From Acidimicrobiia bacterium (lineage in GTDB: Bacteria > Actinomycetota > Acidimicrobiia > IMCC26256 > PALSA-610): 29,396 bases of DNA. The position numbers were made by a program, and so were the translations under genes. Under the pieces are notes generated by a model. That model saw only the letters and a list, made by a program, of their open reading frames with translations. It was not told the origin of the DNA and searched no databases. The DNA lies in contig DATJAA010000287.1 in the NCBI GenBank assembly GCA_035516815.1, forward strand, positions 1 through 29,396, written 5' to 3'. Shown one piece after another: positions 25,901-29,396 of the stretch. Each line of letters begins with the position of its first letter. The first letter of the stretch is position 1.

Positions 25901-25932
25901 AAGCCGGCATCGATGATCGGAGAGGTCAGTGA
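22906..25932 (+). CDS. cvnA: Conservon sensor histidine-kinase-like protein CvnA (TM-NIT-like-TM-HAMP-HATPase + long P/A-rich tail)
   Basis: Diagnostic NLGRRNQNLLSRQLEFITQLE...LFRLDHLATRMRRNAESLLVLAG, plus AELVENALSFSPP and DNGIGM. Two TM helices flank an extracytoplasmic domain. Followed by roadblock, DUF742 and GTPase genes. Confidence 0.9.
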   Translation: MKRKLTIRTKLAATLAVPLAALASFAALQVRDAYNQSDQVKLQAGLATSATGPAGALTALENERDYEALRAIGEQNLVAAGDTKFSAQVTARTDVALGNFRLLLGELGGDAAANYRSTLSAASAQLVKLRQAAENSASKTSSAANAKQAGVIFDEYTTLIGHLLDADQRSSATIGNAELRSGAELLNAISRQTATESGVGIKVGLAAITHDGRAIADAQRLADQQAEGDADLRVRADGAFEKAIIGALDATARKKAVAQLQAAAHNPAGANLVALLKTRPDSINLLRVAQTNTAAIVTTQVNSLTSAARGDERDWLALTVASILLAVALLWLTSRWITRPLRALANQATTMAGERLPAAVQQILATPVDQPVVEPELEPVQVSAGGEVYDVEVALNNVQHSAVALAVEQATLRRNVADAYVNLGRRNQNLLSRQLEFITQLENEEKNPETLEHLFRLDHLATRMRRNAESLLVLAGLAPPRTWSAPVAMGDVVRGALGEVEGYRRVRLRHNDHARDDGAAAADVSHVIAELVENALSFSPPDADVEVYGRKDDNGYVVTIIDNGIGMHEDELERANALISSANALTLAPSRFLGHYVVAQLAARHSLTVHLASSPAGGLTAMVALPTSLLGMKSTPVAEPGSTPPTAGPPSGGDATRPPAALPRRGSVADASLPTASAPATPVAPATGAAAAAISFRAASSAPAPEARLAEDSLESAAEADLIDEAEAFDDIQVIGPREVDHSGPSAPPERPAPAASPPPAASPASGAPAAPRTGPPVANPAATTAPAPPVETSPEAAPAPARPRLGLGSFADLRGAASSPVPAEASPAGTDAPDAAPSTPVPAATGAPAAPSASADRAPLAADRRASFAEVAQAVDVATSRPAPAESAGSPFAEDLIPQRLPKRGRRNSRLETPWVRQRPVESGAPVATPVSPAAPADSASVAPSPEAPGGPSVASASAPTAAGVNEPETNSAGSADSGERFAFFAAFRAAAEQAREEAGIDDRRGQ

Positions 25933-26378
25933 CAGTGCAATCGGACGGGACGAGCGCAGTCAGCGCAAGCGCCGAGGTTCGCAACTTCAATTGGTTGCTG
26001 TCGAGCTTCGTCGACGCGACGCCGGGCGTGACCGACGCGGTCGCGGTGTCGTCCGACGGACTGCTGATGGCAATGTCGAGCTCGCTCGAGCGGGCCGGGG
26101 CGGAGCAGCTGTCCGCCATCATCGCCGGGATGACGAGCCTCGCCGAGAGCACCGCGCGCTGCTTCGCCCTCGGTGGCCTCGATCAGGTGATCGTTGCGAT
26201 GGAGGAGGGCTACCTCTTCGTTTCCGCCGTCTCGGACGGGAGCTCGCTCGGCGTCGTGGCCGACCGTCGTTGCGACGTCGGTGCGGTCGGTTACCAGATG
26301 ACGCTGCTCGTGGAACGGGTCGGCGCCGCGCTCAGCCCGGCCCTCGTGGCCGAGCTGAAGGAGAGCGTCCTCCAGTGA
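25929..26378 (+). CDS. cvnB: Roadblock/LC7 (MglB-like) protein CvnB
   Basis: FNWLLSSFVDATPGVTDAVAVSSDGLLMA...QLSAIIAGMTSLA...GYQMTLLVERVG. GTGA overlap with cvnA. Confidence 0.93.
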   Translation: MTVQSDGTSAVSASAEVRNFNWLLSSFVDATPGVTDAVAVSSDGLLMAMSSSLERAGAEQLSAIIAGMTSLAESTARCFALGGLDQVIVAMEEGYLFVSAVSDGSSLGVVADRRCDVGAVGYQMTLLVERVGAALSPALVAELKESVLQ

Positions 26379-26388
26379 AGGGCGCGGC

Positions 26389-26742
26389 ATGACCGACGAG
26401 CTTCCGCCGCGGGCGACGGCTCAGGACTTCGTACGACCGTTCGTGATCACGGGCGGGCGTACGCGCGCGGCCGACTCGTCTCTGAAGATCGAGACGATGG
26501 TCCAGGTCGTCGGCTCGCCGCGTGACGACCTCGACTTCGAGAAGGCGCGCATCGTCGACTGCTGCTACGAGCCTGCGTCGATCGCGGAGATCGCCGCCGA
26601 GCTCGGCGTCCCGCTCGGTGTGGCAATTGTGATCGTCGGGGACCTCGTCGGCGACGGGTTCCTCGAGACCACCTACAGCGACCCGGTCGAGATCGAGCTC
26701 TCGGCCCTCACGAGGATGATCGAACGTGTCCGGGCCCTTTGA
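26389..26742 (+). CDS. cvnC: DUF742 winged-helix protein CvnC
   Basis: VRPFVITGGRT...EKARIVDCC..PASIAEIAAELGVPLGVAIVIVGDLV, the DUF742 signature. Confidence 0.92.
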   Translation: MTDELPPRATAQDFVRPFVITGGRTRAADSSLKIETMVQVVGSPRDDLDFEKARIVDCCYEPASIAEIAAELGVPLGVAIVIVGDLVGDGFLETTYSDPVEIELSALTRMIERVRAL

Positions 26743-26761
26743 GACTCCAGGTGGTGGCGCG

Positions 26762-27376
26762 ATGTCGGCGACTCGGGCGCCCGAGCCGGCCGCGGGCGGC
26801 TCGGCCGCGCACACGCGCAAGGTCACCTCGGTCAAGCTCGTCGTCGCCGGCGGCTTCGGCGTCGGCAAGACGACGTTCGTGTCGGCCGTCTCGGAGATCC
26901 CACCGCTGACCACGGAAGCAGCGATGACCACGGAGTCGCAGGACGTCGACGACGCCTCGCTCGTCAACGCGAAGGTCACCACGACCGTTGCGATGGACTT
27001 CGGACGCATCACGGTCGACGAGCAACTGGTGATGTACCTGTTCGGTACGCCGGGCCAGGAACGGTTCGCCTTCATGTGGGACGACCTCTGCGACGGCGCC
27101 CTCGGCGCGGTCGTGCTCGCCGACACCCGGCGCCTGGCCGACAGCTTCGTTGCCCTCGACTACTTCGAGGCGCGCAACACGCCGTTCGTCGTCGGAGTGA
27201 ACCACTTCGCCGGTTCGTATCACTATCCGGTCCCCGAGGTACGCGAGGCGCTCGGTGTCGCACCGCAGATCCCCGTCGTCGACTGTGATGCCCGGAATCG
27301 TGAATCCGTCAAGGTGGCACTGATCACCTTGCTCCAGCACGTGTACGAGCTGCGGCGCGCCGCGCTCGCCCGCTGA
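26762..27376 (+). CDS. cvnD: Small Ras-like GTPase (MglA/ATP_bind_1-like) CvnD
   Basis: KLVVAGGFGVGKTT, TTTVAMDFG, LFGTPGQERF.FMW, VGVNHF and CDAR. ATG 26762 (AGGTGG RBS) preferred over GTG 26726. Confidence 0.93.
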   Translation: MSATRAPEPAAGGSAAHTRKVTSVKLVVAGGFGVGKTTFVSAVSEIPPLTTEAAMTTESQDVDDASLVNAKVTTTVAMDFGRITVDEQLVMYLFGTPGQERFAFMWDDLCDGALGAVVLADTRRLADSFVALDYFEARNTPFVVGVNHFAGSYHYPVPEVREALGVAPQIPVVDCDARNRESVKVALITLLQHVYELRRAALAR

Positions 27377-27388
27377 CGCATCCGCGCA

Positions 27389-27841
27389 CTAACCGCTGAC
27401 GCGCTCGATGCGTTCGAGATGCTGGAGCTCGATCATCAAGGGCATCAGGTACCCGATGTACGCGCTCGTCAGCGTGTAATCGTGGGTCGGGCCGTGGGTC
27501 GTGCGCGCGTGGACGTCGATGATGCGGACGCGTTCGTCTCGCACCGAGAACACCTTGGCGCGCCCGACGATCGCGTGCAGCTCGTCCAGGGTGTCCACCT
27601 GTAACCCGAAGTGGTCGAGCGGCGGCGCGACCAGTGCCGGATCGGCCGGCAGGAGATATACGAACTGACCGAACGCGCCCGTGTAGAGGATCAACGGGTT
27701 GCCGGTCTCACCCGTGTTGTCGCCCTCGGTCCACCCGAAGACTTCGCCGAAGAAGGTGAGGGCGTCGGCCCGGCCGCGCGCGTCGAGTATTTCCGGGTCC
27801 ATCGAGATGGCGACGTGGTTCAGGATCGGACGACCGGTCAT
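27389..27841 (-). CDS. VOC/glyoxalase-fold protein
   Basis: MTGRPILNHVAISM...FFGEVFGW...LDHFGLQVDTLDEL...MIELQH: paired beta-alpha-beta-beta-beta pattern with H/H/E. ATGA overlap with the upstream dehydrogenase stop. 150 aa. Confidence 0.75.
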   Translation of the reverse strand: MTGRPILNHVAISMDPEILDARGRADALTFFGEVFGWTEGDNTGETGNPLILYTGAFGQFVYLLPADPALVAPPLDHFGLQVDTLDELHAIVGRAKVFSVRDERVRIIDVHARTTHGPTHDYTLTSAYIGYLMPLMIELQHLERIERVSG

Positions 27842-28863
27842 GCCGACGTCTCGGGGACGACCATGACCTTGCCCGGCAGTTCGCCGGCCGCGAGCCGGTG
27901 CAGCGTGGGCAGTACCTCGTCGAGGCGGATGTCGCGCGGCTCGATCAAGAGCTCGAGCGGGAGCGCGCCCGACGCGAGGAGGTCGAGCGCGGGCCGGAAA
28001 CCGGCGGCGTCGTAGTTGTACGCGCCGATCAAGGTCTGCTCCATGACGATCACGCGGTTTTGGTTCACGCGCGGTGGGGCGTGTCCGGTGCCGACGAACA
28101 CAAAGGTTCCGGCGTAGTCGAGCTGGTCGAGGGCCGATTCGGCGGCGGCCGCATTGCCGGAGCACTCGAACGCGACGGTGAAGGGGTGCTCGACCGGCCG
28201 GCCCATCGGGGCGCCGGGGAGCTCGTCGGGCGCGACCGCGCGCGTCGCGCCGACGGCGAGGGCGCGTTCGCGGCGCGCGGGCGACGGCTCCGAGACCACG
28301 ATCTCCTGCACGCCCCGGGTGCGCAGGACCGTTGTCGTCAGCAGGCCGACCGGCCCGCCGCCGGTGACGAGCACACGGTCGCCGGGCGCGACCTGCGCGA
28401 GGTTCACCGTATGCAAGGCGATCGCCGTGGGCTCGGTGAGCGCGGCGGCGCGCGTCGGCAAACCCTCGGGAACGCGCACGAGCCGCGCCGCGGGCACCGC
28501 CTTGTAGCGGCAGAACGCGCCGCGCGAGAAGTCGAGCAGATCGGGCGGCTCGCGGCGGAGGCACACCGACGAGCGACCTCGGGCGCACGCGCGACAGTTC
28601 CCGCACCCCGGTGTCGGGTCGAGGACGACGCGCGCGCCGACTTCCCAATCGCGCACGTTGTCGCCGACCGCTGCGATCATGCCGGCCCATTCGTGGCCGA
28701 GGACGGAACCCGGGCGCGCATAGCGCTCGAGGACGAGGTGGAGATCGGTGCCGCAGATCCCGCAATGTGATATCTCGACGAGCGCGTCGTCGGGACCGAG
28801 CGAAGGTACGGCGAGCCGGTGTACTTCGATCTCGCCGTCGCCCACGTAGACGGCGGCGGGCAT
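27838..28863 (-). CDS. Zinc-dependent medium-chain alcohol/polyol dehydrogenase (MDR family)
   Basis: CGICGTD, LGHEWAG, structural-Zn motif CGNCRACARGRSSVC and GGGPVG Rossmann motif. ATG 28863 (MPAAVY) preferred; GTG 28890 is possible. Confidence 0.92.
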   Translation of the reverse strand: MPAAVYVGDGEIEVHRLAVPSLGPDDALVEISHCGICGTDLHLVLERYARPGSVLGHEWAGMIAAVGDNVRDWEVGARVVLDPTPGCGNCRACARGRSSVCLRREPPDLLDFSRGAFCRYKAVPAARLVRVPEGLPTRAAALTEPTAIALHTVNLAQVAPGDRVLVTGGGPVGLLTTTVLRTRGVQEIVVSEPSPARRERALAVGATRAVAPDELPGAPMGRPVEHPFTVAFECSGNAAAAESALDQLDYAGTFVFVGTGHAPPRVNQNRVIVMEQTLIGAYNYDAAGFRPALDLLASGALPLELLIEPRDIRLDEVLPTLHRLAAGELPGKVMVVPETSA

Positions 28864-28916
28864 CAGCGCAGTCGACACGTCACTCGTCACGCCGTCAGCT
28901 TCGCAGCCGGTCCGGG

Positions 28917-28950
28917 AAAGAACAAAGCCGCCGGCTCGAGCCGGCGGCTT
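28917..28950 (-). terminator. Intrinsic terminator of the cold-shock gene
   Basis: Perfect 26-bp palindrome aagccgccggctcgagccggcggctt (28925-28950): 9-bp GC stem with a TCGA loop, followed on the minus strand by TTTGTTCTTT. Confidence 0.9.
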
Positions 28951-28970
28951 CGTCTCGCAAGCTTCGAGCG

Positions 28971-29174
28971 TCAGACCACGCGGACGTTCTGTGCTTCGTC
29001 ACCCTTCCGGCCGGGCGCGACGTCGAACTCGACCTTCTGGCCTTCTTCGAGCGTCCGGTAGCCGGATCCCTGGATGTTGGAGTAGTGGACGAAAACGTCC
29101 TTGGCGCCACCTTCGAGCGAGATGAAGCCGTAACCCTTTTCCGCATTGAAGAATTTGACGGTTCCAGTTGTCAC
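28971..29174 (-). CDS. cspA: Cold-shock protein (CspA family)
   Basis: 67 aa: [16 protein letters not shown] (RNP1), DVFVHYSNI (RNP2), [13 protein letters not shown]. The symbol denotes the family, not a specific paralog. Confidence 0.97.
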   Translation of the reverse strand: MTTGTVKFFNAEKGYGFISLEGGAKDVFVHYSNIQGSGYRTLEEGQKVEFDVAPGRKGDEAQNVRVV

Positions 29175-29227
29175 TACAAGTACCTTTTCTTGACTGCGGG
29201 ACGCACCCTTCGCGCACCGTCCGGGAC

Positions 29228-29257
29228 AGACTAGGACAAGCGTGGCTCCCAGGTCAT
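29228..29257 (-). promoter_or_regulatory. Probable primary-sigma promoter of the csp gene
   Basis: Minus strand ATGACC (29257-29252), 18-nt spacer, TAGTCT (29233-29228). Predicted TSS near 29221-29222. AAAAGG RBS before GTG 29174. Confidence 0.5.
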
Positions 29258-29396
29258 CGTCCGTAGGATCGCCGGCCGCGCCGCTCGGAGTCGGCGCTCG
29301 TGCCGGAAACAGCGCAGTTGCAGGGCCGTGGCGCCGGTGCTCAACGGGATGACGAAGCGCCGCATCCCGAGCGGTCGACGGCGACGACCGACCAGC

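Noticed and set aside
29345-29370. cgggatg/catcccg hairpin sharing gcatcccga with 2339-2347, considered as a REP-like family
   Set aside because: Only two short (9-bp) matches with opposite arm order, compatible with chance in GC-rich DNA.

Overview
Gene-dense, very GC-rich (roughly 70% by eye) bacterial chromosomal segment. Gene content (L,D-transpeptidase, PepD-type HtrA, Rv2325c/Rv2326c-like ECF module, F420-type LLM oxidoreductases, conservon, TANNNT leaderless promoters) points to Actinomycetota, plausibly Acidimicrobiia (inference). About 29 protein-coding genes are supportable: an ECF transporter, HtrA, nitroreductase plus aldo-keto reductase, a secreted phosphoesterase, an L,D-transpeptidase, two LLM oxidoreductases around an orphan STAS protein, a YncE-type beta-propeller, a cupin, a GT-C-like membrane protein divergent from a three-gene ABC-2 exporter followed by an atypical HD-GYP protein and a PhyH dioxygenase, a redoxin-TPR protein with an AhpD-like partner, an SRPBCC protein, an amidohydrolase with an internal twin-arginine signal, a four-gene conservon (cvnABCD G-protein switch), a VOC protein with a Zn-dependent dehydrogenase, and a cold-shock protein. 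I see no rRNA, tRNA, CRISPR array, transposase or phage gene. Most of the window is ordinary metabolic/envelope content. The best leads for undescribed biology are the CxC redoxin-TPR/AhpD-like pair, the amidohydrolase with a buried Tat signal, the motif-altered HD-GYP protein in the exporter operon, and the GT-C/ABC-2 divergon with its phased 10-bp repeats. None can be shown to be novel without database searches.
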